Below are positions 35,547 through 45,000 of a DNA stretch of 57,451 nt, piece by piece. This stretch comes from a virus (taxonomy: Duplodnaviria > Caudoviricetes). Where the stretch lies: positions 1 to 57,451 of the IMG/VR virus record IMGVR_UViG_3300027637_000001, one strand, 5' to 3'. Below the pieces are notes generated by a model. That model saw nothing but the letters and a program-made list of their open reading frames with translations, did no database searches and was not told where the DNA came from. Made by a program: the position numbers and the translations under genes. Positions within the stretch are counted from its first letter, which is position 1. Each line of letters opens with the position of its first letter.

Positions 35547-35963
35547 TCAGCCCGCGGGCATCGTCAGCGTGCCGGAAGTGATCTCGACGTCCAGGCCGAC
35601 CGACACCGCGGTCGTCGACAGCGTGAACTGGCCCCCGCCCCCGGTCACCGTCACCGCCCCATCGATCACCGTCGCGCCGGTCGAATCCTTCATGCGCGCC
35701 CACCCGGCCACGCCATCGTCGACCCCGACCGCCGCCGGGACCGGCGTCACGTCCAGCGTCTTGACCCCGGAGACCGCCGCCGACCACGCCGGATCCGACA
35801 GCGTGAACGTCAGCAGCAGGTCGCCGGTCTCGGCCGCGTTCGCGTTCGCCGGCTGGGCGCCCGTGAACACGTCGATCGTGCCGGGCCCAGCCCCACCGTC
35901 CGCCCGATCGCCGACCGCGTCCGCGGCCGCGTTCTGAGCGGCGGTGGGGATGCGGGTCGCCAC
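35547..35963 (-). CDS. Virion structural protein
   Basis: IDVFTGAQP..GVAGWAR..IDGAV pattern; located after the tail tube gene. Confidence 0.65.
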   Translation of the reverse strand: MATRIPTAAQNAAADAVGDRADGGAGPGTIDVFTGAQPANANAAETGDLLLTFTLSDPAWSAAVSGVKTLDVTPVPAAVGVDDGVAGWARMKDSTGATVIDGAVTVTGGGGQFTLSTTAVSVGLDVEITSGTLTMPAG

Positions 35964-35967
35964 CGGA

Positions 35968-36627
35968 TCAGGCGGCGGGGAGCGTCACCGCTCCACAGCC
36001 GGTCTCGGACGGCAGGGTCAGGCGGGTGATGTTGAACCCGCGGTGGCCGTTCGCCGGCACCTGGGTGATGAACTTCACCGCGCCCGGGCCCTGGCCCCAC
36101 AGCTGGTTCGCCTTCTCCGACCTCGCCGTGATCCGCCACTCGATCACGTCGTTCGTGATCGTGAAGTCGTTCAGCCGGCCCGACGCCAGGTGCGGCCACG
36201 CCCAGTAGGCGGTTCGGGGCTCGTCCTCGGTGCACGTGTCCGAGTCGGCCTGCCAGATTTCCAGGCCCCAGCGGGCGTCTACCGAGCCCTCCTCGACCCA
36301 GAACCCGGTACCGGTCGCCGGGTCCCCCGTCGTCACCAGCGTCTGTCCGGTGGTGATCACCACCAGGTCGGGGTCGATCGCGCAGAACCGGATGTTCAGC
36401 TCGTCGCGGAGGAACTCGTCGTTCCCTCGGCGGTTCACGCAGAACCGGCCGTCGGCCCGGCGAAGCTGGTACTCGACGCCGTCCTCGTACTGGGGCGACA
36501 CCTGCGCCTCGACGAACCCGGCGGAGACGATCAGCGACCCCGTGCCGGTCACCGGGGCGCCGCACTCGTCGAGGCGGATCACCCGGAACAGGGAGCCCTG
36601 GATGGGGGAAATGCAGTCAGCGGGCAC
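35968..36627 (-). CDS. Major tail (tube) protein
   Basis: RVIRLDECGAP..SAGFV..ADGRFC..FCAIDPD, similar to cluster B-like tail tubes. Confidence 0.85.
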   Translation of the reverse strand: MPADCISPIQGSLFRVIRLDECGAPVTGTGSLIVSAGFVEAQVSPQYEDGVEYQLRRADGRFCVNRRGNDEFLRDELNIRFCAIDPDLVVITTGQTLVTTGDPATGTGFWVEEGSVDARWGLEIWQADSDTCTEDEPRTAYWAWPHLASGRLNDFTITNDVIEWRITARSEKANQLWGQGPGAVKFITQVPANGHRGFNITRLTLPSETGCGAVTLPAA

Positions 36628-37027
36628 GGTGGTCCTCCAGCGCCTGGTCGACGGCCGCGACGATGTCGTCGCGGCCCATGTTGTCGGTCACGGCCACCGG
36701 CACACCGGCGGCGGTCAACTTCTCGGCGTGCGCCACCCAGGCCTCGCGGGACGAACCCTGACCGGCCCGGGGAGGCGCCTCGCCCACCAGCGCCCCGACC
36801 GCGTCGGCGCCGGTGCCCTCGGCCGGAACGGGAGCACCGGCCGACGAACTCTCCAGCGGGTCCCGCACGAGCTTCGACAGCTCGCCCCGCTGCTCGTCGT
36901 CGAGCCCGTCCAGGGACTCGACCTCGACCTCGTTCCCGCCCAGCGGCCGCCACGGGATGGCGGCCTCGCCGAGCACCCCGACACCGACCAGGAGCCGAGG
37001 CTGACCACGGAACCGGAGGCGGATCAC
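36617..37027 (-). CDS. Hypothetical protein with small helical C-terminal domain
   Basis: PPRAGQGSSREAW..RDDIVAAV; GTGA coupling. Confidence 0.6.
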   Translation of the reverse strand: MIRLRFRGQPRLLVGVGVLGEAAIPWRPLGGNEVEVESLDGLDDEQRGELSKLVRDPLESSSAGAPVPAEGTGADAVGALVGEAPPRAGQGSSREAWVAHAEKLTAAGVPVAVTDNMGRDDIVAAVDQALEDHRAR

Positions 37028-37956
37028 GACGCGCTCCCACCGGCACCGGTGGTCACGCCGCCGTGGGACACCTCGACCGCGGTCAGCGAGCACTGGTCGA
37101 ACCACACCAGGTAGGGCCGGCCCACCTGGTAGACGGCCGTGTTCTGGGCCCGGTCCATGTAGGAGCCCGGCTGGATCCCGAAGTCCTGGATGGGGCCCCG
37201 GTACACCGACACCGGCGGCGTCGCGTACCACCACAGCGCCTGGCGGTTCGCCAGGGTCGCGCCGTCCGGGCCGACACCGGCGCCGAGCGTCGAGTACGCC
37301 GCCACCACGTTCCCGTTGAGGGTCCGCAGCTGCTGGCCCCTGGCGGTCACCAGGCTGTTGGCGGCCAGGTGCGGCACCGAGTCCCTCGGGACGTGGATGA
37401 CGCCCTCACCGCCGTACGTGTCGGCCAGGCGGATCTCCAGGAGCCCGAGCGCCTCGACGGGGTCGAGGACCCCGCTGATCTCGTCGGCGGCCTCCTGGAG
37501 GATCAGCTCGTGCGAGCCCTGGGGGTCCGCGAGCACCTGGGTGTCGGCGGCGAGGTGCGGGTACACCGTCCCGGCCGGCACCTGGGAGGTCTCCCCGGTC
37601 CAGAACACGCGCTCGACGGCCCGGGCCTCGCCGTTCGTCAGAGCGGCGGTGGCGCGGTTCTCCAGGCGGGCGAGGTCGTTGCCCCACCCGACCGGCGAGC
37701 ACGACAGCTCGGCGTACACCCAGAACGCGTGCGCGGCCCACGTGGTGACGCCCTCGTGGGACGCCTCCCCGGTGACCGGCCCCGTGCTGCACGGGTCGAG
37801 CAGCCCGGAGAACGCCGGCCCGCACGGGAGCCCCTCCCGCTGGGCGCCCATCTCCCACCGCTCCACCACATCGACGGGTGGAGCGGCGGAGAACAGGCCG
37901 TAGGGGGCGGAGACGAACGTCGGGCCCGTCTCGACCAGGGCGAAGAGATCAGGCAC
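37024..37956 (-). CDS. Major capsid pentamer-type protein
   Basis: PYGLFS..RWE.G, EARAVERVFW, ALGLLE..Y.G.GVIH, LRTLNGN; follows the major capsid gene. Confidence 0.75.
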   Translation of the reverse strand: MPDLFALVETGPTFVSAPYGLFSAAPPVDVVERWEMGAQREGLPCGPAFSGLLDPCSTGPVTGEASHEGVTTWAAHAFWVYAELSCSPVGWGNDLARLENRATAALTNGEARAVERVFWTGETSQVPAGTVYPHLAADTQVLADPQGSHELILQEAADEISGVLDPVEALGLLEIRLADTYGGEGVIHVPRDSVPHLAANSLVTARGQQLRTLNGNVVAAYSTLGAGVGPDGATLANRQALWWYATPPVSVYRGPIQDFGIQPGSYMDRAQNTAVYQVGRPYLVWFDQCSLTAVEVSHGGVTTGAGGSAS

Positions 37957-37990
37957 CGACGTCCCTCCTCTCGGTCACGTCGACCCCGGC

Positions 37991-39820
37991 TTACGCCGAG
38001 GCCGCGGCCTGCGTGGTCTGGGCGCCGGTGACGCCGTCCGGGAACATGTTGGCGAAGTTGATCCGGTAGGCCCGGTTGCCACGGGCACCGATGAACGACG
38101 CCTCTTCCGACCACGCCGCGGTGAAATCGTTCTGAGCGTTCAGCACGCTGTCGCGCACCACGCCCAGGTTCAGCGACATGCCACCGCCGCGGAAGAAGTG
38201 CCCCGGGGGGTACATCCGCACGTAGAACGACGACGGCCACGCCGTCGGGGCCGTGTCGGCGCCCATCGTCCCGGCGGGGGCGGCCCAGCCGGTGGCGTGC
38301 TGCCAGTCCTCGACGAACACGGCCCGGATGTTGCGGGCGTCGAGCTGGGACATCAGCCACGCGTCGGCGACGGACAGGTCGTCCCAGCCGTTGCGCTTCG
38401 ACAGGTCCGAGCGGATCAGGCCCCGGACGAACACCGGCACGTCGACCTGCATCACCGCGTTCTCGGGCATCCCGAGGCGGAGCCGCTCGTGGGTGGCGAC
38501 CAGCTCCAGCGCGCCGAGGAAGTGCGTGGTGGCCGACGAGGCGTCGCCCATGGTCGGGGTCACGTTCACGATCGACGCGTGGGCGTCCATCAGCGTGTTG
38601 TGCCGGCGGTTGAGCACCCGGTCGTGGGCGACCTCGACCAGCGACAGGTAGTGGCGGATCACCTCCGGGTAGGCGTCCTGGGTCAGGTTGCCGGCCAGAA
38701 CGCAGATCCCGAGGAGCCACAGCCGCTCCTCGGTGAAGTCCGGGCACGGGGGCCGCAGGCACGCCTTGACCGGCGTGTCGCCGGTGGCGGCCACGAGGTC
38801 GTCGGCCTCGGTCCACAGCCACGGCATCGTCGCGTTCGTCGCGGTGCCCGACGCGGCCACACCGGAGAGGGCGAAGAACTGGGCGAGGTCGAGCGACTCG
38901 GGCCAGCGGAGCCCGCCCCGGTTGATGCCCACGGTCGGGATGTCGACCCGGCCCGTGGCGGGCCCGGTGAGGTCGAAGAACGAGTAGTCGATCTCCGACG
39001 GGGCGCACCAGCCACCGGCGGCGACGAGGGCGGCCATGCCCTCGAACGTGCGGGCCGGGTTGACCAGCTCGGCGAACGCCCGGTCGATGTCGGCCAGCGA
39101 CGAGCCCTCCCCGAGGACGTGGTCGTAGTGGCGGGACACGGTGGCCACCGGCGCCGGGGAACCCTGGCCGCTGGTCACGGCCATGGTCTTGGCCCGCTGG
39201 GTGTAGGCGGTCACGAGGTCGTCGAGCGTGACCAGGCGCTGGCCGCCGACGACCGGCACGTTCCCGGCGGCCGTGACGACCATCTCCGGGCGCGGGCGGG
39301 CCGGGACGCCGGGCGCCGGGGCGTTGTTGGCGATGTCCCGGGCGCTCATGGCCGGGTTCATGGTGGGCCGCTTGGCGACGGCGGCGACGGTCAGTGGCCG
39401 GCGGGCCGAGGCGGCGGCGGCCTCGGCGGGCGCGTCGGCCGGGGTCTCGGCGGGCTGCTCGGGGGCCGGGTCGCCCTCGGCGGGCTGCTCCTCGACGGGC
39501 GGCGGGTCGTCGCCCTCGGCCGGGGGCTCGTCGCCCTCGGCGGTGGCGGGGGTGCCGGCGGCGTCGCGGATGGCGGCCACGTGGCCGGCCTGCTCCTCGG
39601 CGCGGCGGGTCACCTCGGCCTCGACGGCCTTCTGGGCGCCGGCCAGCTCACCAGCCCGGGCGGCGTCCTCGGCGGTCACGCTGGACGGGTCGGCCTCGGC
39701 CTTCGCGACGAGGGCGTCCAGCTCGGCCCGCACGCTGTCGAGCAGCTGGGTCAGGTCGTCGGGCTCGACGGCCCCCAGATCCTCGGGAACGGTCAGGGTG
39801 GGCTCGGTGGGCTCGGGCAT
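37991..39820 (-). CDS. Major capsid (hexamer) protein with N-terminal scaffold-like region
   Basis: LVAAGGWCAPSE..Y, NRGG, K.C..PPCP.F, AYPE, RDSVLNAQNDF. Confidence 0.9.
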   Translation of the reverse strand: MPEPTEPTLTVPEDLGAVEPDDLTQLLDSVRAELDALVAKAEADPSSVTAEDAARAGELAGAQKAVEAEVTRRAEEQAGHVAAIRDAAGTPATAEGDEPPAEGDDPPPVEEQPAEGDPAPEQPAETPADAPAEAAAASARRPLTVAAVAKRPTMNPAMSARDIANNAPAPGVPARPRPEMVVTAAGNVPVVGGQRLVTLDDLVTAYTQRAKTMAVTSGQGSPAPVATVSRHYDHVLGEGSSLADIDRAFAELVNPARTFEGMAALVAAGGWCAPSEIDYSFFDLTGPATGRVDIPTVGINRGGLRWPESLDLAQFFALSGVAASGTATNATMPWLWTEADDLVAATGDTPVKACLRPPCPDFTEERLWLLGICVLAGNLTQDAYPEVIRHYLSLVEVAHDRVLNRRHNTLMDAHASIVNVTPTMGDASSATTHFLGALELVATHERLRLGMPENAVMQVDVPVFVRGLIRSDLSKRNGWDDLSVADAWLMSQLDARNIRAVFVEDWQHATGWAAPAGTMGADTAPTAWPSSFYVRMYPPGHFFRGGGMSLNLGVVRDSVLNAQNDFTAAWSEEASFIGARGNRAYRINFANMFPDGVTGAQTTQAAASA

Positions 39821-39960
39821 CGTCTGGTCCTCTCTTGGACGCATGGTGCGTGTCAGGAGTCGACCAGGTCGAGCATTGCGGCCCCACCGGCGGGAGACCA
39901 GGTCCCCGGCGCCGAGCAGCGGCGTACGCCGGAGAGTATGCGCCGCCCACCCCAGACGCG

Positions 39961-39997
39961 CAACCGCCCCCGACCGGGCCAGGGTCGGGGGCGGTTG
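39961..39997 (-). terminator. 15-bp perfect hairpin
   Basis: caaccgcccccgacc-7 nt-ggtcgggggcggttg. Confidence 0.75.
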
Positions 39998-40030
39998 ATG
40001 CGCCGGGCGTTGCAGCGCCCGAGAGGGGGA

Positions 40031-40420
40031 TCAGTCCCAGTCGCCGGTCAGCACGTCCACGTTGGCGGTGGCGGCCGACCGGTGGGCGGCGGAGTGCGGG
40101 TAGGGGCGGGAGGTCCAGCCGGTGGTGGTGTCCAGGATCACCCACTGGCCGCCGTCGGCCTCTTCCGTGATGAACCGGGCCGGGACCGGCACGAACCACT
40201 CTTCGCCGGTGTCCACGTCCTTGATCCGAACGATGTGGTCGGCCTCGGCGGCGACGGCCCGCTGGGCGGCGTAGGCGATGGCGTCGGCCGGGTTGCCCCA
40301 GGCGCCGTCGCCGCGGGTGACGTTGGTGAAGTAGGGGCGCTCGCAGGCGTCGAAGCGGATCCGGCCGGCCTCGGCGTTGACCAGGCGGCGGGCGGTGGGT
40401 GCGGTGTCGGTGAGGACCAT
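40031..40420 (-). CDS. Leaderless hypothetical protein (MVLTDTA...)
   Basis: ATG 6 nt after TACGGT. Confidence 0.75.
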   Translation of the reverse strand: MVLTDTAPTARRLVNAEAGRIRFDACERPYFTNVTRGDGAWGNPADAIAYAAQRAVAAEADHIVRIKDVDTGEEWFVPVPARFITEEADGGQWVILDTTTGWTSRPYPHSAAHRSAATANVDVLTGDWD

Positions 40421-40426
40421 GCGGAC

Positions 40427-40465
40427 ACCGTACCGCGGTAACACTCGGTCGTCAAGCGCGGTAAC
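40427..40465 (-). promoter_or_regulatory. Motif-containing leaderless promoter
   Basis: GTTACCGCGC-TTGACG-17 nt ending GTTACCGCGG-TACGGT. Confidence 0.9.
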
Positions 40466-40468
40466 GGA

Positions 40469-40663
40469 TCACGGCTTCCGGGGCCCGTGAGGCGGCACGG
40501 ACCCCGTCCAGCGACCGCCGGTGGTGCGCCCGACCTTGCGCCGGGGCGGCGTCACGCCGAAGAACCGGGCGCCCCGGTGGCAGACCGGACAGATCGGCTG
40601 CCCCGTCCCCGTGCCCCAGGGCTGACCGGCCCCGGGGCACTGCGGCGATGGCGTCAGCCCCAT
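40469..40663 (-). CDS. Small Cys-containing protein
   Basis: CPG..CPVC..VPPH; overlaps the upstream stop. Confidence 0.5.
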   Translation of the reverse strand: MGLTPSPQCPGAGQPWGTGTGQPICPVCHRGARFFGVTPPRRKVGRTTGGRWTGSVPPHGPRKP

Positions 40664-41613
40664 GGGAGGCCTCGCTTGGCGGCGCACACCGGGCCGTAGC
40701 CGACGGCGGTGGACTCGGGGGTGTCGAGCGGCCGCGTGCAGAACACGCAGGTGTGGAACAGCTGGCCGAACCGGGCGGCGTCCTCGGCCGTGGCCAGGGT
40801 CTCCGTCGAGCAGCGACGCAGGGCGCCACCGGCGTACACCCACTCGTCGCCGTCCCAGCGGACGGCGTAGAAGCGGCCGGTGCCCTGGGCCTTGTGGACC
40901 CGGTAGAAGTCGCCGTCGAGCACGTGGACGTCGCCCTTCTCGGGCTCGTAGGCGGGGGCGGCCGGCCGGCGGGGCATGCCGTCGTTGGTCGGGTTGTCGT
41001 CGACCACCGGCGCCGTGCGGCGGGGGAGGGCCAGGAGCCGGTCGATCACGACCGAGGCGCCGGCCCGGGGATCGTCGAGCGTGGCGAGGGCGGCCAGGAT
41101 CTCGTCGGCGTCCATCGGCCGGGCGGTCTGGCGGTCGGCCAGCAGCGTGCGGATGAACGTGGCTTGCTTCTCGGTGACCGGGCGGCCGGCGGGCGCCGGG
41201 GTAGCGGTGACGTCGGGGGTGTCGACGACCGGGCGGGCGGCCGGCGGGTTGTTGCCGATGGCGGGGCACTCGGACACCAGGTGCTCGACCGCCCACGAGG
41301 CGCCGCCGCCACCGGCGTGGTTCTTCACCGCGACGCCCTGGCCGGCCTCGACGCGGCCGCCGCAGCGGGCGCAGTTCCCGGGGTAGCGGTTCGTCATCGC
41401 CGGGCGGGGCTCAGCCCGGCGGCCGGTCGACTCGCGGCGCTCGGGGGCGTCGATGCTGTCGCCCCGGTGGGTCTCGACCCGCTGGTGGGCCCGGCCTCGC
41501 ATGGCCGCTTCGACGGCGTCGCACGGGTGCGTGAACACCTCGTCGAGCGTGGGGAACGAGGCGTGGCAGGCGCCGCACTCGTAGGTCTCGGTGGTGGTGG
41601 TGCCGGTGAGCAT
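40654..41613 (-). CDS. DUF6011-like multi-zinc-finger protein (leaderless)
   Basis: C-terminal CVFCTRPLDTPEST.VGYGPVCA; N-terminal C2H2-like motif; NRYPGNCARC. Confidence 0.75.
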   Translation of the reverse strand: MLTGTTTTETYECGACHASFPTLDEVFTHPCDAVEAAMRGRAHQRVETHRGDSIDAPERRESTGRRAEPRPAMTNRYPGNCARCGGRVEAGQGVAVKNHAGGGGASWAVEHLVSECPAIGNNPPAARPVVDTPDVTATPAPAGRPVTEKQATFIRTLLADRQTARPMDADEILAALATLDDPRAGASVVIDRLLALPRRTAPVVDDNPTNDGMPRRPAAPAYEPEKGDVHVLDGDFYRVHKAQGTGRFYAVRWDGDEWVYAGGALRRCSTETLATAEDAARFGQLFHTCVFCTRPLDTPESTAVGYGPVCAAKRGLPWG

Positions 41614-41619
41614 GACCAC

Positions 41620-41649
41620 ACGTTACCACGGTCACGGTTACCGGTGCAA
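41620..41649 (-). promoter_or_regulatory. Motif-containing leaderless promoter
   Basis: TTGCAC-18 nt ending GTGACCGTGG-TAACGT-6 nt-ATG. Confidence 0.8.
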
Positions 41650-41723
41650 CGGTATGGGCGCCGGTATGAAATCCGCGAGGATCACCGCCCCCGGCCCCCT
41701 ACACCCCGGGGTAGAACGCGCAA

Positions 41724-41757
41724 CGGCCCCCGATGGGCACGGAGCCACCGGGGGCCG
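41724..41757 (-). terminator. CGGCCCCC-type hairpin
   Basis: cggcccccggtgg / ccatcgggggccg followed by ttgcgcgt on the minus strand. Confidence 0.65.
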
Positions 41758-41787
41758 AAGAGCACCGGATCACGCAGCACCCGGAAG

Positions 41788-42054
41788 CTACACGATGCGG
41801 AGCTTCCCCGGGTGGGTCTGCTGGTAGCTGAACGCGCACCCGTGGTCAGCGAAGTAGGCGACCTGGCCGTCGAGCACGATCCGGTACTTCGCCCCCTCGG
41901 GGACCTCCTCGACGCCGTCGCCCTCGACGACAGCCAGGGGCTCGCACGGCGGCGTTCCCCGGTGCGCTGTCCCGGTCATGCCCTGGGCGGCGTCGCCCGA
42001 GGTGCGCAGCGCCCGGCCCGCCCTCGCCGCCCGTCCACCGCAGCCGCAGCCCAT
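41788..42054 (-). CDS. Small head-module protein (MGCGCGG...)
   Basis: TGATG coupling; a CGCG start recurs in such head modules. Confidence 0.65.
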   Translation of the reverse strand: MGCGCGGRAARAGRALRTSGDAAQGMTGTAHRGTPPCEPLAVVEGDGVEEVPEGAKYRIVLDGQVAYFADHGCAFSYQQTHPGKLRIV

Positions 42055-45000
42055 CAGAGCACCCGCTTCCGGGCGTCGAGCACGCGGGCGGCCGGCGTGC
42101 GGCCCACGGCCGCGGCGAGCGACGCGATCGACCGGGCCCGACGTCGGGCCTCGGCAGCGGCAGCGGTGGCCACGTGCACCACCGGCACCGACGAGGCGAC
42201 CATGGCGTCGCCGTCGTAGGTCGTCGAGGCGTGCGCCATCGCGAACCCAGGCACCGGCACCAGCAGCGCGGCGACCAGCTCCTGCCAGCCGGCCCGGTCC
42301 GGGTGCGACTGCCAGTCCCCCGAGCAGGTGCACGCCAGGGCGCGGGCCACGGTCTCCGGGCGCGTGCCGGGCAGCACCGCGCCGGCCATCCACACGCCGC
42401 CGAGCCGGTCGGACTCGCCCACGGCGATCATGCCGAACACCGAGCACGAGTTGTCGTAGTGCTCGACCGCCTGGTGGTGGTCGGTGCGGTGCATCGACGC
42501 GTGGCCGCAGCCCATCGTGATCGGGCCGGCCGGGACGTGGCCCTCGCGGGTGACGGCCCACTTGCCCATGAACCGGGCGTAGTCGACGTTCCGGCGCGGG
42601 GCGGTGCGGTGCTGGCCGGCCTTGGCGTAGGCCCGGTGGTTCGTCCCGAACGGGGCCAGAAGCCCGTAGATGCGGCCCTCGTCGGTGATCGCCAGGGCGG
42701 AGGTCAGCTCGACGTCGAGGGGCTCCTGGAACCAGGCGGCCGGCGGGAGGTCGGTGACGGCCACGGTCGAGGCGGCGGCCACCAGCGCCGCGGCCGGTGT
42801 GACATCCGAGGTAAAGGTTTCACGCCCGTGGTCACACCCGCCGCAGGTGCCCCCGCAGCCGCAGCCCGGGGCGAGGGGGGTGAGCAGCTCGGGTCCCAGG
42901 TCGCCCACCAGGAGCCGTCGGGCGACCGCCGGGTCGAGGAAGCCCCCGACGGGAGCCATCGGCACCGGCGTTGGGGGCGGCAGCAGGGCGACGGCGGCGG
43001 CCTCGGCGGTGATGCGCCCGGCGTCGACCGCGGAGGCGACCATCGCCACGTCCTCCTCGGTCAGCTCGGGCTGCTGGCCCCCGAACATCGCGACCAGCTC
43101 CGCCGTGGGCTCCAGCGTGGCGTCGGCCTGCGCCGGGGTCGACACCGCGGTCAGCTCGGCCACGTTGACGCCGTCCAAGATCACCTTCTCGGGCTCGATC
43201 AGGGTCTCCTCGATCGGCGCGTTCGGGTCGGGCTCGACCGGGTCGACCGCCATCGGGTCGGCGGCCTCGCCCGGGGCCGGCCACACGAGCGTCACCTTGG
43301 GGGCGGTCTCGTCGCCCCCGATCGACACCCACCGGTCGAACCCGGCCACCGCCCGGCGGGCGTGCTCCGCCGCGTCCGGGTTCTCCAGGTCCAGGCGCAC
43401 GAACCCGTAGTCGGCGCCGTCGGTCTGCACGATCCGGGTCACGAGCCCGACCGGCACCACCTTGGGCGTCCCCCCGTGGGCGCTGGAGTGCTGCTGGACG
43501 TGGTACGCGAACGGCGGGTCCCGGTAGGTCATGTTCGTGAACACCCGGCCCGAGTCGCGGAGGCCGGTCGCTTCGCCCTGGCGGTGCATCACCGCCCGCA
43601 GGTGCTCGCCGGGCTGCGCCGGGGGCCCGTCGGCGTCGGCCGAGGTCGGGTCCGCCGGGTGACCCGTCGGACCCGGGGGCGGCGGGTCGTCGTCGATCGC
43701 GGCGTTCAGCGTGAGGTTGAGCGTGATCGGAGCGCCCCCGGCGGCGGCCGCACCGCGGGCCAGGGCCTCCCCGATCGCGGCCGTCAGCTCGGCGCGGTCC
43801 ATGTCGTTGTCCTCCTCCGGCGGCGAGCCGCCCATGGTGAAGTCGTAGGCCGTCGAGCCTCGGGTGAGGCGGAGACGGTCGAACGTGATCGGGCCTTCAC
43901 TGGCGCCGGCCACGGCCATGAGGCTGCCAGCAGGCGGGTTGTAGGCGAGCGCCACGTGAGCGACCCACGGCCGGTGGTTCGTGGGCGGTTCCCAGCCGGG
44001 CGCGGCCGCTTGGCCCACGATGCCGATCTGAGTCGCGGCCATGTGCGCCACGAGCAGTTCGCGGGAGTCGTTGTCGGGGTCGTCGCCCACGTTCAGGACC
44101 AGGCAGGGCTCGGGCCCGGTCACGTTCCACACCGCGGCACCGAACACCTTCGCCGTGATCGGACCCAGCTGGCCGGCGACCACCTCAGCCTCCTCCAGCA
44201 TGGCGTCGAACGCCTCGTCCGGGATCTCGTCGCCGTCACCCAGGTAGCCCAGGGTCAGGTGGAGAGCCTCAACGGGCTCGCCGTCGAGGAGCACCAGGCG
44301 GTCGGCGTCCTCGGCGGCAGGGACTAACCCCACCATGGCGCCGGTGTGGGGCTCCCCCGTGGTCGAGTCGACCTGAGGCGGGCCCATGACGGCGGCGGCA
44401 GCCAGCACGCCGCCGCCCAGCCAGACCGTCCGGCCGGCGAAGAACCGGCCCGGCACGTAGCCGGCGGCCGCCAGGGACTCCTCGACCTCGTCTACGATCC
44501 CGCCCTGCTGACGGCCGGCCACCAGCAGCGGGGCCGCCTGGTCGGTGAACAGCACGGTGCACCGGCAGTTCATCACCTCGGCCGCCGGGCCGCCGGGGTC
44601 GCCCGGCACCATCAGCGACGCGCCGCCGACCACGAACGGCTGGCCGCGCTCGACGACCTGGCCGTCGGCGTGGCGGTGCGTCGGCCGGGTCCGGCCGTCC
44701 ATCGTGGCGAGCCACTGGCGGTACGGCGGCGCCGCGTCGCCCATCAGATCGACTCGGGCCTGGGCGCCCATGTTCGACGCGGCGATCACCTCGGTGCGGG
44801 CCAGCGCCTCCGCCCGGGCGACCGACAGCTCCGTCACCCCGGTGATCCGGCGGCGCAGATCGTCGATGCCCTCGCCGGCCTCGAACCCGGCCACCAGCTC
44901 CGCCCGCGCCGACGTCCACACCTCGTCGCTCAACGGATAGAACCTGTTCTCGACCCCGGCCAGGTAGTCCCGGGCCCGGGCGTCCATCAGCTCCTCGGGC

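Noticed and set aside
33626-44327. Long plus-strand ORFs (33626-35581, 35944-38031, 38198-40441, 42174-44327) and similar Arg/Pro/Gly-rich ORFs throughout
   Set aside because: These are shadow frames of real minus-strand genes in stop-poor GC-rich DNA, with no RBS or recognisable motifs
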